From positions 27,155 to 91,154 of the forward strand of contig DAHVMY010000002.1 in assembly GCA_027319585.1 (NCBI GenBank): a stretch of DNA of 64,000 bases. The letters are read 5' to 3'. Positions within the stretch are counted from its first letter, which is position 1. Each line of letters begins with the position of its first letter. The notes beneath the pieces are model-generated. The model searched no databases. It was not told the DNA's origin and was given only the letters and a program-made list of their open reading frames with translations. The position numbers and the translations under genes are program-made. Source of the stretch: Candidatus Dormiibacterota bacterium. Lineage in GTDB: Bacteria; Chloroflexota; Dormibacteria; Aeolococcales; Bog-877. Positions 50,439-60,161 of this stretch are shown here, piece by piece.

Positions 50439-51323
50439 TCAGAACCGCTCGGCCAGCCAGCTGTGCACCTCGCTCAGGCGCCGCATCACAACTGTCAGAT
50501 GGCCCAGTTCCGGGATCAGGTGGGCCTCTGCCCCGGGAATGCGCTCCGCCAGCCACTTGCCGTGCCCGAAGGGGACCATCAGGTCCTGGTCGCCCTGCCA
50601 AACCTGGGCGGGCACCCGGATCTGGGCGGGGTCGAATCCCCACGGCTTCACAAAGGCGAGGTTGTCATCGAAGAGGCCATCGGCGCTGTGAGCCAGGCCC
50701 TGGGTCATGCTGCGATAGACGAAGTCCCCGTCGTCCGACCTCATTAGAGCGGCATCCTCTGGGGAGAGCACAGAGCTCATCTGTTCCAGCATCTGTTCCG
50801 GGGTCGCCGAGCGCATCTCCGCCGCCTCCTGCTCGATGGCGGCCCGCACCGCCTCCGGGTCGGCGGCGATGGTCCTCTTGAAGTCCTGCACGTTGAGCTC
50901 GCCCATGCCGGCGAACCAGTCGAGGCCCTCGGCCGGATATGGAGCCACGCCTGAGAGGCACGCCACCGCCACCACCCGTTCGGGCATGAGCGCGGCGCAG
51001 GCAAGCGTGTGCGGGCCCCCTCCCGACACACCCCAGGTGGCGAACCGCTCGACACCCAACCGGTCCATGATCACGGTGACGTCATCCACCACCTGGGCGA
51101 CATTGCGCCCGGGGGCCCGGCTGGAAGTACCGTAACCAGCCCGCGAAAAGGTGATCAGGCGCCAGCCCTGGGCCTCGGCATCCGCCATCGCCTGGGGCGG
51201 CAGCACCGCGCAACCAGGAGTGCCGTGGTGAATGAAAATCGGCACGCCCTCAGGGCTGCCGGCCTGGAGAACCTCCAGCCGCCGCCCCCCCGGCGCTTCC
51301 ACTTCGAACTTCTGGGTCGGCAT
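50439..51323 (-). CDS. alpha/beta-hydrolase-fold protein (proline-iminopeptidase-like)
   Basis: The oxyanion region is HGTPG. The nucleophile elbow is GVSGGG. It is 294 aa long. Confidence 0.8.
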   Translation of the reverse strand: MPTQKFEVEAPGGRRLEVLQAGSPEGVPIFIHHGTPGCAVLPPQAMADAEAQGWRLITFSRAGYGTSSRAPGRNVAQVVDDVTVIMDRLGVERFATWGVSGGGPHTLACAALMPERVVAVACLSGVAPYPAEGLDWFAGMGELNVQDFKRTIAADPEAVRAAIEQEAAEMRSATPEQMLEQMSSVLSPEDAALMRSDDGDFVYRSMTQGLAHSADGLFDDNLAFVKPWGFDPAQIRVPAQVWQGDQDLMVPFGHGKWLAERIPGAEAHLIPELGHLTVVMRRLSEVHSWLAERF

Positions 51324-51428
51324 CTCTCCTCCCGCTGGCGGCCGTCGGCGCAGGACTATGAACGCACCGGCGTAGACTCGTCAACAAAGTCTGCTCCCAC
51401 CCTGAGGAGGTCCTCAAGTGGTGCGGCC

Positions 51429-52745
51429 ATGAGCCAGAGTTCGACCGCAGTCCCTGTGGTGCCGGCGGGAAGTGGCATGCGGGTCCGCTTCTCCGCGTGG
51501 CGCCTGCTGGCGCTATCCGCCTATTGGGTCGCCATCAACTACCTCTGGCAGGGAATGGGCGCGCTCATCCTGCCCCGCCTCATCGTGGGGACGGTGCCGG
51601 CAGCGCACCGGGGAGTGGCGCTGGCGTTCCTGTCGGTGGCTGGCGCAGTCGTGGCGATCGTGGTCCAGCCCATGGCAGGCGCCTTCTCGGACAGGGTTCA
51701 GATCAGCTGGGGTCGGCGCAAGCCGTTCATGCTGGCGGGCACCCTGGGCGACCTCGCCTGCCTGTTCGGGCTGGCGCTCGCGGGCAGCTACGGAGCCCTG
51801 ATCATCCCCTATTGCGCCCTGCAGATCTGTTCCAACACCGCCGAGGGCGCCTATCAGGGGCTGCTGCCCGACCAGGTGCCGGACCACGAACGAGGCCGAG
51901 CCGCCGGCTATTACGGGCTGGCGGTGTTCGCCGGGACCGCAGTCGGGTTCTTGCTCACCGGGCAGCTGATCGCCGTCGGCCATTTGCCGCTGGCACTGGG
52001 GACTGCAGGCGTGGTGCTGGTGCTGGCTCTGCTGGTGACGCTGAAGTTCGTGCCCGACAGCCCGGCCCGGGAACCGCTTCCCAAGCGGCGCGATGCCCTG
52101 CTGGGAGTGTTCAGCTTTCGCTTCCGGCAGAACCCTGACTTCACCTGGCTGCTCGTCTCGCGCCTGCTGGCGCTGATGGGAATCACCGGGCTCACCGACT
52201 TCGCCCTGCTCTACATCAAGGCGTTCTTCTTCGCCGGGTCCGGCAGCGCCCTGGCCAACCGGGCCTCGGGCTCGACCTCGGTGCTGCTGGCGGTGGTGGT
52301 TGTGTGTGCGATCGTGGTGACGCTGCCCGCCGGCAAGCTCTCCCAACGGGTGGGGCGGATCACGATCGTGAGGGCCGCCGCCTGGCTGGGCGCGGTCGGG
52401 ACCCTGCTGCTGATCCCGGCGCCGTCGCTGCTCTGGGTCTACGCGGTCGGGATCGTGATCGGGGCGGCATTCGGAATGCTGCTCTCGGTCGACTGGGCCC
52501 TGGTCACCGACCTGGTGCCCGCCGCCGAGTCCGGACGATTCATGGGCATCTCGAATCTGGCTACAGCCGGTTCGGGGATTCTGGCGACCGCCATCGGAGG
52601 CCCGCTGCTCGACTTCGGCAACGGGCTGCACCACAACGCGGGATTCCCCATGCTGTTCGTCTTTCTGGCCCTGGCCCTGCTGCTGGGAGGGTGGCTGGTG
52701 GGCCGGGTGCGGGTTCCTACAACCCGCCCGGCGGCCGGTGGGTGA
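51429..52745 (+). CDS. MFS transporter
   Basis: It has 12 predicted TM segments. The start at ATG 51429 (MSQSSTAV) was chosen to avoid overlap with the upstream hydrolase gene. Confidence 0.8.
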   Translation: MSQSSTAVPVVPAGSGMRVRFSAWRLLALSAYWVAINYLWQGMGALILPRLIVGTVPAAHRGVALAFLSVAGAVVAIVVQPMAGAFSDRVQISWGRRKPFMLAGTLGDLACLFGLALAGSYGALIIPYCALQICSNTAEGAYQGLLPDQVPDHERGRAAGYYGLAVFAGTAVGFLLTGQLIAVGHLPLALGTAGVVLVLALLVTLKFVPDSPAREPLPKRRDALLGVFSFRFRQNPDFTWLLVSRLLALMGITGLTDFALLYIKAFFFAGSGSALANRASGSTSVLLAVVVVCAIVVTLPAGKLSQRVGRITIVRAAAWLGAVGTLLLIPAPSLLWVYAVGIVIGAAFGMLLSVDWALVTDLVPAAESGRFMGISNLATAGSGILATAIGGPLLDFGNGLHHNAGFPMLFVFLALALLLGGWLVGRVRVPTTRPAAGG

Positions 52746-52808
52746 GTCCCATGCCCGGCGGGCGAGACCACCCGATGGAGCCCCAGCGGCCTTGAGGCGC
52801 GCGGGTCG

Positions 52809-54293
52809 GTGAGCCGGGTCTGGGGCAGGGTTCGACCCCGACGGCACGCCGGCTGCAGACGCGGCTGTTGCGGCTGCCTGAGCGTCGGGCTCGCCGCCTT
52901 CGTCTGCCTCTCCCTGATCCTGCTGATCTTCGCCTTCATCCCCAACTCCTACCCGCAGTACCCGGCCCGCGCGCGGGCCGTCCTCACTGCCGCGCACTAC
53001 CCCAGCGTCTCCTCCCTACCCTGGCTGCACAGCAACGGCAAGCTGGTGCTCACCAGCTCGGGACGACAGGTGCTGCTGCGCGGCATGAACGTGACCGGGC
53101 TGCTGCAGGCCAAGGACATCACCCCGGGGCCGGTCCCCACCGCCGACGACTTCGCCGAGATGCAGGCTGACGGCTTCGACGTGATCCGCATCCCCATCAG
53201 CTGGTCGCGGCTCGAGCCTCGGCCCGGGGTCTTCTCCCGCTCCTACCTGGCCTTGATCAAGAAGGTGGTCGGGTTGGCGGCGGCCCACGGCATCTACTCC
53301 ATCCTCGACCTCCACAACATCGACTGGAGCTTCTACTACGGGGGCGATGGCGCCCCCAGCTGGGCGACCGCCGGCTTCCTCCCCCGGACCTTCCCCGCCC
53401 CGCCCCCCTGGAACCGCCACATCGCCCCCGGGGTGCTGGCCAGCTACTTCATCTTCTGGTCCGATCTGGGTGGCTGGCAGAGTGACGTCACCGCGGTCTG
53501 GAGCTACGTGGCCAGGGCGTTCGCCGACGACTCCGCGGTGGCGGCATTCGACCTCTGGAACGAGCCCCACCCGTTTCCGATCCCGCCGGGGCTGTTCGGG
53601 GCCAAGTTCCTGCTCCCCTTCGAGGCCCAGCTCATGAGCCATCTGGCGCGGATCGCGCCCCACCAGATGATGATGGTGGAGCAGTCCTTGGACTTCGGCC
53701 TGCCCACCTACGTGCGCCGGATACCCTACCCGAACCAGATCTTCTCCAGCCACGTGTTCGCCACCCTGCTGGAACCACCTTGGCAGACGCCCAAGCCGGA
53801 GTACGCCAGCCCGCTGCGGCTGCTGGAGGAGCAGGCCAGGGAGGCGGGGGGAGCTCCATGGGTGGGGGAGATAGGAGCAGGACCGGGGCAGTCGAACTCG
53901 GCCTGGGTCGCCCGGGAGATGAACGAGCTCGACCGCTTCCGCCTGGGCTGGGCCTACTGGGACTGGGATGAGGGTGGAAGCTGGGCCTTCATCAGGAACA
54001 AGGCCCGGCTTCCGATCGTGGCCCGCGCCTACCCCCAGATGACGCCCGGGGTCCTGACCTCACTGGCCTACGACTACCAGACCGGGGTGCTCAAGCTGGC
54101 CTTCTCCGGAGTTACCCATGGCCGCCAGCTGCGGATCGCGATGCCGTCCTTCTTCCACTCGTTCAAGCTGCTGTCCAGCTCCGACCCCGCAGCGGACATC
54201 GCGACCCGGGTGCAGCCGCAGGACCACGTGCTCATCGTGACGATCCGGGACGGCCTGGCTCACCACTCCCTGGAGATCCAGTTCCTCCGCTGA
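52809..54293 (+). CDS. glycoside hydrolase family 5 (cellulase-like), N-terminal TM anchor
   Basis: It contains LLRGMNVTGL...DGFDVIRIPISWSRLEP and LWNEPH (the acid/base Glu in NEP). The N-terminus has a hydrophobic anchor. Confidence 0.75.
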   Translation: MSRVWGRVRPRRHAGCRRGCCGCLSVGLAAFVCLSLILLIFAFIPNSYPQYPARARAVLTAAHYPSVSSLPWLHSNGKLVLTSSGRQVLLRGMNVTGLLQAKDITPGPVPTADDFAEMQADGFDVIRIPISWSRLEPRPGVFSRSYLALIKKVVGLAAAHGIYSILDLHNIDWSFYYGGDGAPSWATAGFLPRTFPAPPPWNRHIAPGVLASYFIFWSDLGGWQSDVTAVWSYVARAFADDSAVAAFDLWNEPHPFPIPPGLFGAKFLLPFEAQLMSHLARIAPHQMMMVEQSLDFGLPTYVRRIPYPNQIFSSHVFATLLEPPWQTPKPEYASPLRLLEEQAREAGGAPWVGEIGAGPGQSNSAWVAREMNELDRFRLGWAYWDWDEGGSWAFIRNKARLPIVARAYPQMTPGVLTSLAYDYQTGVLKLAFSGVTHGRQLRIAMPSFFHSFKLLSSSDPAADIATRVQPQDHVLIVTIRDGLAHHSLEIQFLR

Positions 54294-54356
54294 AGGGGGT
54301 GATGCGGCAGTATCCCAGGAGGTGACCCACCCGCCCGCGGGACCCGGGATGCCCTC

Positions 54357-55250
54357 CTAACCCTGGCAGGGGTAGTCGTAGTCGTAGGAGCCGGTCCACT
54401 GGGTGGTGGTGATCTTGCCACCGGTGAAGGCGGTCGCGCTGCAGTTGGATTTCGCCTGGCGCTGCGTCCGGGCGCCGGGCAGCCACTCGTTCAGACCGTA
54501 CAGAGCCCCCGAGCTCGATGCGGTCGTGCTGGTGAGCCCGGTGATGGTGTCCCACTGGGAGGCCGTCGAGTAAACCCCAACCGAGCTTGTGGGCACACCC
54601 GCCGCGTTCAACCCCGCCACCATGCCCTGGAGATCGGCCACATTCATCGCCAGACCAGGTGATCCGCTCTGCCAGGTGTTGCCCGTCTCCACGTCCAGCC
54701 ACCAGGGGTAGGCGGCGGCGGCGGTGTCGGCGTTGACAGAGCCTGCCGCGGCTGTAAGCCACGACGCGTCCTGGGAAGCCTTGTTGTACCCGTACTGCCA
54801 GGCGCACGCCGTTGAGTCGGTGGTCCCACCCGATCCGCAGCTCCCATAGGGATTCCGCAAGTCGCCTGGTGTTGAGGTCGGCCAGTCCGAGACACCGGGA
54901 CCAGGATCGGCGGTGTTGACGTACAGCTGCGCAGCCGGTTGAGAGCTGTCGATCCCAGTCGACGAGGTGGCGGCCCAGTTCAGTTCGCTCTCGGAAGTAA
55001 ACGGATACTCCGTCGAGGTGCCCAGACACGGATTCAACGTGTTGGCGAGCCCGTCATTCACCCCCACAATCCCGAAGTCCTGCCCGGTCGGGAAGCCGCC
55101 ACCGCACTGGGGCCAGGAGATGTCGTTGCCGATGGTCGAGGCACTCCCTCCAGAGTGGGGCTTGCCGTGCCTGGCCGCGAGCACCGGCATGCTCCAGATC
55201 GAGGCCGCCCCCACCATCGCCAGCACCGCCAGCCACCTCGCCCCACGCAT
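54357..55250 (-). CDS. secreted hypothetical protein, Cys-rich and Thr/Ser-rich (possibly a glycoside-hydrolase-like DUF1906 or Rv2525c-type)
   Basis: The start at M24 gives MRGARWLAVLAMVGAASIWSMPVLAA, a signal peptide. The family assignment is a guess. Confidence 0.5.
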   Translation of the reverse strand: MRGARWLAVLAMVGAASIWSMPVLAARHGKPHSGGSASTIGNDISWPQCGGGFPTGQDFGIVGVNDGLANTLNPCLGTSTEYPFTSESELNWAATSSTGIDSSQPAAQLYVNTADPGPGVSDWPTSTPGDLRNPYGSCGSGGTTDSTACAWQYGYNKASQDASWLTAAAGSVNADTAAAAYPWWLDVETGNTWQSGSPGLAMNVADLQGMVAGLNAAGVPTSSVGVYSTASQWDTITGLTSTTASSSGALYGLNEWLPGARTQRQAKSNCSATAFTGGKITTTQWTGSYDYDYPCQG

Positions 55251-55574
55251 AGCCGCCTCCCTGAACTCGGTTGGGACCTGAAGCCCCCGCCCCGGGCGCG
55301 GACTCAAAAGTGGCGCCATATTCCCATGTCACGGGTTCAGAGTCAACCGATGGAGGGACCATCCGTCCGGATCACGGCGCCCGAACCTCGATGCGAGGTA
55401 ATGGGCACGGCCGCCCCGCCCCAGGGCCTTCGCCCGATCGCCACCGAGGCGGACCTTCGCCGCGGTCACTCCATCGGAGCATCGAGCCCGAGGGTGGCTG
55501 CCCCCGCAACTCCTGGACCGCCCCATCGGGGCTCTAAGTCTTGTCCAACCAGCGTTGGACGGTGAGTTGCTGGG

Positions 55575-56144
55575 TCAGGGGCCCGGCTGAACCGCCTGCT
55601 GCTCTTGAGGCACCGGCTCAGGCGGCAGGTGCCGGCCCTGCAGCAGCATCCAGGCCCGCCCCAGGGCGACCGCCAGCGAGACCACCAGGATCGCGACCAA
55701 GGTGTCGATCGCGTGGTGCAAGGCCGGGTTCGCCAGCAGCACTCCGGCGGTGGCCAGCTCGGCCAGGTACATCCCCATGGTCACCAGCGAGAAGCCGTTG
55801 TTGAGGCCATTGCCTCCCAGGGTGCGTCGCAGCCGGAGCGTTGCCGCCATGCCGAACGCCGCCATCAGAGCCGCCACGTAGCCCAGGTTGTTCCCCGGCA
55901 GAAGAGCCACCAGCGAAACGAAAAATGCGTTCACCAGGCTGGTGAACGCGCTGCCCGCCAGCGCCTGTCCACGTTGGCTCGCCCTGTCCCCGTAGATCGT
56001 CTCGGGACGCAGCGCCACCGCCACGAACAGGAGCCCAATCAGGGTGCCCGCGGCCCCGACGGTCGCCTGGAAGAAGGTCTGGTAATCCGCGGGAACCGTG
56101 AGGAACCTCCTGGGGGATGGCCACCATCGTCGCTGCGTGGCCAT
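55575..56144 (-). CDS. hypothetical integral membrane protein
   Basis: It has four or five hydrophobic helices. The start is at MATQRRWW. Confidence 0.45.
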   Translation of the reverse strand: MATQRRWWPSPRRFLTVPADYQTFFQATVGAAGTLIGLLFVAVALRPETIYGDRASQRGQALAGSAFTSLVNAFFVSLVALLPGNNLGYVAALMAAFGMAATLRLRRTLGGNGLNNGFSLVTMGMYLAELATAGVLLANPALHHAIDTLVAILVVSLAVALGRAWMLLQGRHLPPEPVPQEQQAVQPGP

Positions 56145-56208
56145 GATCGCAGACCGGCTGGTGCGTAATCGCCGTGGGGGATCTGGCCCCTGGGCGGGCA
56201 CAACCGCA

Positions 56209-56694
56209 ATGGTGATCTACAATCTGGCCATGAATGCGGTGGGTCGCCCCCTGGGGCCCGCTTCGACCAGGGCCTCGGACTCCGACCGGGAGGCGGTGGT
56301 GGCGGAGTTGCGCCAGCATCACGCTGAGGGTCGGCTGACGACCGAGGAACTCGATGAGCGCGTGGGAACCGCTCTCAGCGCGCGCACCCTGGGTGAGCTC
56401 GGGCCCGCCCTGGCCGATCTGCCGGCCCCCCCACCCCCACCACCCCCACCGCCGACCCTCTGGCAGCGGCTGCAGCCGCGAGCGGGCTATCTGGTCGGCC
56501 TGGTCGTGCTGGCCGGGGTGCTCGGGAGCATGATCGCCGGGACCCTCGGCGCTGGTGGGCATCCCCACGAGGGCTACTCGTTCTCAGTGCCGTTCCTGTT
56601 CTTCGGCTTCTTCTGGCTGCGCCGCGGCCGTTTTGGCTGGTCCCGGTACCGCCAGAGCTGGCACGGTGGCCAGCCCCCGCACGATCAGAGCTGA
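56209..56694 (+). CDS. DUF1707 (SHOCT-like) domain membrane protein with a poly-Pro linker
   Basis: The DUF1707 signature is ASDSDREAVVAELRQHHAEGRLTTEELDERVGTALSARTLGEL. PAPPPPPPPPPT is followed by two TM helices. Confidence 0.65.
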   Translation: MVIYNLAMNAVGRPLGPASTRASDSDREAVVAELRQHHAEGRLTTEELDERVGTALSARTLGELGPALADLPAPPPPPPPPPTLWQRLQPRAGYLVGLVVLAGVLGSMIAGTLGAGGHPHEGYSFSVPFLFFGFFWLRRGRFGWSRYRQSWHGGQPPHDQS

Positions 56695-56801
56695 GGGCCG
56701 TCTGCCCGCTGGGAGAGGTCGGGTCAGAACCGAGACCGGGCGTGCGCCATGCCAGGCCCCGCTGGAGGGTGCAGAAGCAGGCGGCCTCGGGAAGAAGGGC
56801 G

Positions 56802-57599
56802 CTACCGCCTCATCGCGTGCCGGATCACCAGGATGCTGATCTCGTACAGGAGGATGAGCGCGATGGACAAGAAGGTGGGGGTGAAGGGATCCGCACCCGG
56901 GGTGATGACCAGCGAAACCGCCACGATGGCGAAGTACGCGATCTTGCGCCAGTGGCTCAGCTTGCGACTGTCCACGATCCGCAGCGCCCCCAACAGGCAC
57001 AGCACCACCGGCATCTCGAAGGCGATGCCGAAGATCACGATCACCAGGGCGAAGAAGCTGAGGTAGGACCCTAGATCGGGCAGGTAGACGGCGTCGCTAC
57101 CCAAAAAGGTGGAGAGGAAGGTGAGCCCCACCGGCATGATGAAGTAGGCGAAGGTGGCGCCCAAACCGAAGCACACCAGGGTGCCGGCCACAAAGGGGCC
57201 GAACAGGCGCCGCTCGTGGCGCGTCAGCCCGGGGCTGATGAAGGTCCAGATCTGCCAGGCGATGACCGGCAGGGAGATCACGATGCCGGCGGCCGCCGCC
57301 ACCTTGAAGGGAATGGAGAGCCCCTCCAGGGGGCTGGTCACGATGACCTTGTCGCCGAAGGGGGAGCCGGAGCGGTGCTGCAGGGCCAGCATCAGCGGGT
57401 GCTCCAGAAGCTGGATCAGAGCGTGGTTGAAGGCGAACGCCAGAGCGGTCGCTCCCGCCCAGGCGATCAGGCACACGATGACCACCCGCCGCAAATCCTC
57501 AAGGTGCTCCACCAGCGTCATGGCGGGTGGCTCTTCAACCGGGCCGCCACCGAGGTGGCGACCCGGCGAAAGGGGAGCCCTGAGGGGTTGGGTGGCCAT
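56802..57599 (-). CDS. tatC: twin-arginine translocase subunit TatC
   Basis: It contains LVEHLEDLRRVVIVCL and six TM helices. An alternative start at M27 (57521) is possible. Confidence 0.85.
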   Translation of the reverse strand: MATQPLRAPLSPGRHLGGGPVEEPPAMTLVEHLEDLRRVVIVCLIAWAGATALAFAFNHALIQLLEHPLMLALQHRSGSPFGDKVIVTSPLEGLSIPFKVAAAAGIVISLPVIAWQIWTFISPGLTRHERRLFGPFVAGTLVCFGLGATFAYFIMPVGLTFLSTFLGSDAVYLPDLGSYLSFFALVIVIFGIAFEMPVVLCLLGALRIVDSRKLSHWRKIAYFAIVAVSLVITPGADPFTPTFLSIALILLYEISILVIRHAMRR

Positions 57600-57620
57600 G
57601 GCGTCCTCAACCAGCCGCGT

Positions 57621-57905
57621 TCAGTTGCCCTGGATCTGGTCGGAGGCCGCCACCGGCGTCGTGCCGTTGCCCGGTGCCGCGACCGGAGTCATCTCCGGGG
57701 TCACCGCGGGGTTGAGGGAAATCGCGCTCTTCAACTCCGCGCTGGTGGCGTTGAAGCCGCTGGCCGCCTGATTGGAGGCGTGCTTGAACTCCTGGATGGC
57801 CCGGCCCACGCCCTGGCCCAGCTCGGGCAGCCGCTTGGGTCCGAAGACAACGAGTGCGAGCAGGATCACCAGACCCAGCAGAACGATGTGTGACGGTGCG
57901 AGCAT
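57621..57905 (-). CDS. tatA: twin-arginine translocase subunit TatA/E
   Basis: It contains LLGLVILLALVVFGPKRLPELGQGVGRAIQEFK. Confidence 0.85.
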   Translation of the reverse strand: MLAPSHIVLLGLVILLALVVFGPKRLPELGQGVGRAIQEFKHASNQAASGFNATSAELKSAISLNPAVTPEMTPVAAPGNGTTPVAASDQIQGN

Positions 57906-57906
57906 C

Positions 57907-58368
57907 TCAAACTCCTTGTGTGAATGCGCTTACGGTTGACTTGCGCCCCGGGGTTGCGCCCCCGGTGACATGGCGGCCTGGGGCATCGGCGGGCCAGCTG
58001 ACCGTGGCGACCGCACCCTCGCGGACCTCGGCGCGGGCTACCACCTTGCCATCTCCCCCCCAGAGCAGGTAGCTACCGGAGGGAAGTCTCGGGAAGACCG
58101 CCGCGAAGGCGGTTTTGTGGGGCAGGGAGCGCATCAGGACGAAGACGTGCTGGCGCTCCATCGGCGATCCCTCCTCGCTGATCTCCAGCTCCTCGCCGAG
58201 CATGGACGGCTCCGCCAGGATGATCAGGGCTCCGTGGCCGGGGCCGATGTCGACCATGACCCCCGTGGTCGGCCGGTCGATGCAATCTGACTCACTCACC
58301 GCTGTTCGCCTCAACTTCCGCTCGGCGCCGCACAGGAACTGCCGGCACCGGAGACTACGCACCGGCAC
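57907..58368 (-). CDS. hypothetical protein (start uncertain)
   Basis: The ORF ends 2 nt before the tatA start. I recognised no motif. A shorter version could start at MVDIGPGHG (about 58260). Confidence 0.3.
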   Translation of the reverse strand: MPVRSLRCRQFLCGAERKLRRTAVSESDCIDRPTTGVMVDIGPGHGALIILAEPSMLGEELEISEEGSPMERQHVFVLMRSLPHKTAFAAVFPRLPSGSYLLWGGDGKVVARAEVREGAVATVSWPADAPGRHVTGGATPGRKSTVSAFTQGV

Positions 58369-58407
58369 CGCGGCCGGATCACCTGCCCGCGGCGCCCCCC
58401 GAAGAGC

Positions 58408-59190
58408 TCAGGTGAGCGTGGCCTCCACCAGCACCGGCCCTCTGGGCGTGGAGTCGTGGGCGGCCGGCTCCTTGGTGATGGCGACCTTCAGGAACCCCCG
58501 CGGCGAGCGAGGCATCCGGTAGGCGCCGGACGCGGTCATGTCGCCGACTGGAATCGCCTTGAGGCTGCCCTGCTGCAAGGACATGTACCAGACGGTGTAG
58601 GCCTGTCCGGTATGGAGCGGCGGGACCCCCGAGAGCAGCACGTAGGTCGCGCCGGTCGCCGGATCCGTCACCAGGGCCGCCCTTGCCCGACTGCCGGCGG
58701 TCGGGGTCAGAGGAAGCACCTGCGCCTGACCACTGGCGATTAGGCGATCCACCGGGTTGAGCGCGGTGGCCACCAGCCCCCTTCCTGGGGACGGAGCCGA
58801 GAAGTGTTCGTTCAACCCCCAGCCGCCCGCCGCGAGCATCAAAATCGCCGCCACCGCCGCCACCCCCCACGCCGCGCTGGGGCGCGCCCACCAACGACGG
58901 CCGGGCGAGGCGCTCGCGATTGCCGGCGCCACCTGGGGCCGGTGCACCTCGCGCATGATCCGCTCTCGCAGCTCGGGTGGAGGCGCGACCTCATCCACGG
59001 CCTCGCCGATGGTCATGGCGATGGCCCGCAGCGCCTCCGCCTCCCGGCTGCAGGCGGGACACGCCTCCAGATGCGCTTTCACCTCAGATTCCTGGAGCGG
59101 CTCCAGTGAGTCGAGTACGAAGGCGCCCAACAGGTCCTGGGCCTGGTCACAGGTCAACCGAGTCTCTCCTGGGGATGTCCGCTTGTTCAC
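58408..59190 (-). CDS. anti-sigma factor, zinc-finger type (RskA-like), with a TM segment and extracytoplasmic domain
   Basis: The N-terminal zinc-finger anti-sigma motif is HLEACPACSREAEALR. A single TM helix is WGVAAVAAILMLAAGGW. Its start overlaps the sigma-factor stop. Confidence 0.8.
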   Translation of the reverse strand: MNKRTSPGETRLTCDQAQDLLGAFVLDSLEPLQESEVKAHLEACPACSREAEALRAIAMTIGEAVDEVAPPPELRERIMREVHRPQVAPAIASASPGRRWWARPSAAWGVAAVAAILMLAAGGWGLNEHFSAPSPGRGLVATALNPVDRLIASGQAQVLPLTPTAGSRARAALVTDPATGATYVLLSGVPPLHTGQAYTVWYMSLQQGSLKAIPVGDMTASGAYRMPRSPRGFLKVAITKEPAAHDSTPRGPVLVEATLT

Positions 59191-59834
59191 AGCTCGGGCG
59201 CCTCCGCAGCCAGGGTCTCAGCCAACAGCCGACGCAGCCGCTCCAGGGCAAGCCGGGTCCGGCTCTTCACCGTGCCCACCGCGATGCCGGTGCGCTCCGC
59301 GATCTCGCCCTGCGAAAGGCCCCCGAAGTAAGCCCACTCCAGTATCTGCCGCTGCTCTGGCGGCAGCTCCAGCAAGGCTCCACGGACGGTGTCGGCGCGC
59401 ATGCCCTCGGAGGCCAGCCGCCAGGTGTCGCTCACCGCGACCAGCTCCAAGCCATCATCGAGGGCGCTGTCCCGCTCCTTGGCGCTCACCCGGCGCAGCC
59501 TGTCGATGGCCCGGTTGCGGACCATGGTGAGCAACCAGGTGCGAACGCTGGCGCGGTCGGGACGGTAGGCGGCGGCACGCTTCCAAAGGGACACGAAGGC
59601 GTCCTGCACCACCTCCTCAGCGGCGGCGTGATCTCTGAGCATGCGCACCGCCAAGCCGAAGGCGACCCCGGCGTGGCGGTCATAGAGTGCACCCAGCGCC
59701 GATTCATCCTGAGCGCGCAGCCGCCACATCAGCTGGGCGTCGGTGTCGGCGCCCGGCAGTTCCGCAGCGCTGAAGACGACTGACTCGACCATCCTGTTGT
59801 CAGCTTCTTCGGCTGGCATGTCCGCCTGGATCAC
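59187..59834 (-). CDS. ECF (sigma-70 family) RNA polymerase sigma factor
   Basis: Region 2 is LYDRHAGVAFGLAVRML...DAFVSLW. Region 4 is LSQGEIAERTGIAVGTVKSRTRLAL. Confidence 0.85.
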   Translation of the reverse strand: MIQADMPAEEADNRMVESVVFSAAELPGADTDAQLMWRLRAQDESALGALYDRHAGVAFGLAVRMLRDHAAAEEVVQDAFVSLWKRAAAYRPDRASVRTWLLTMVRNRAIDRLRRVSAKERDSALDDGLELVAVSDTWRLASEGMRADTVRGALLELPPEQRQILEWAYFGGLSQGEIAERTGIAVGTVKSRTRLALERLRRLLAETLAAEAPEL

Positions 59835-60161
59835 CGGGTCAATGTCCAGGGCTGTCTCCCATCACTTGACCGACCACGATACGCCGACGTCGACGACGGG
59901 TCTGCGGGGTCGGGAGGGGGCGGCCCGGAGGGGGCCCTGCGCCTCTTGGCCCGCGCGCGGGCCCCCGCCTGATTGGGGAGAGGACTGGTGACCCAATGCC
60001 CTGGGGTCCACACTCCACCCGTGCCCGTCATGCGCGGGCTGGGGAGCCACGATCGCCGCAGGGCACCCGCGCCCTCCCCGACTGCACGCCCCCACAGCCG
60101 CGGAACCCGACCCACGACCGATTCAGCACCTCGTCGCATGGCTGGTCGAGAATCACAGGAC

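Noticed and set aside
55251-55574. A 320-nt leader upstream of the secreted Cys-rich protein was checked for a ydaO-type riboswitch (these precede cell-wall hydrolases in Actinobacteria)
   Set aside because: I could not see the conserved AUCAGGGGA / GGUGAAUCC-like elements by eye, so I do not call it. An Infernal scan would still be worthwhile.
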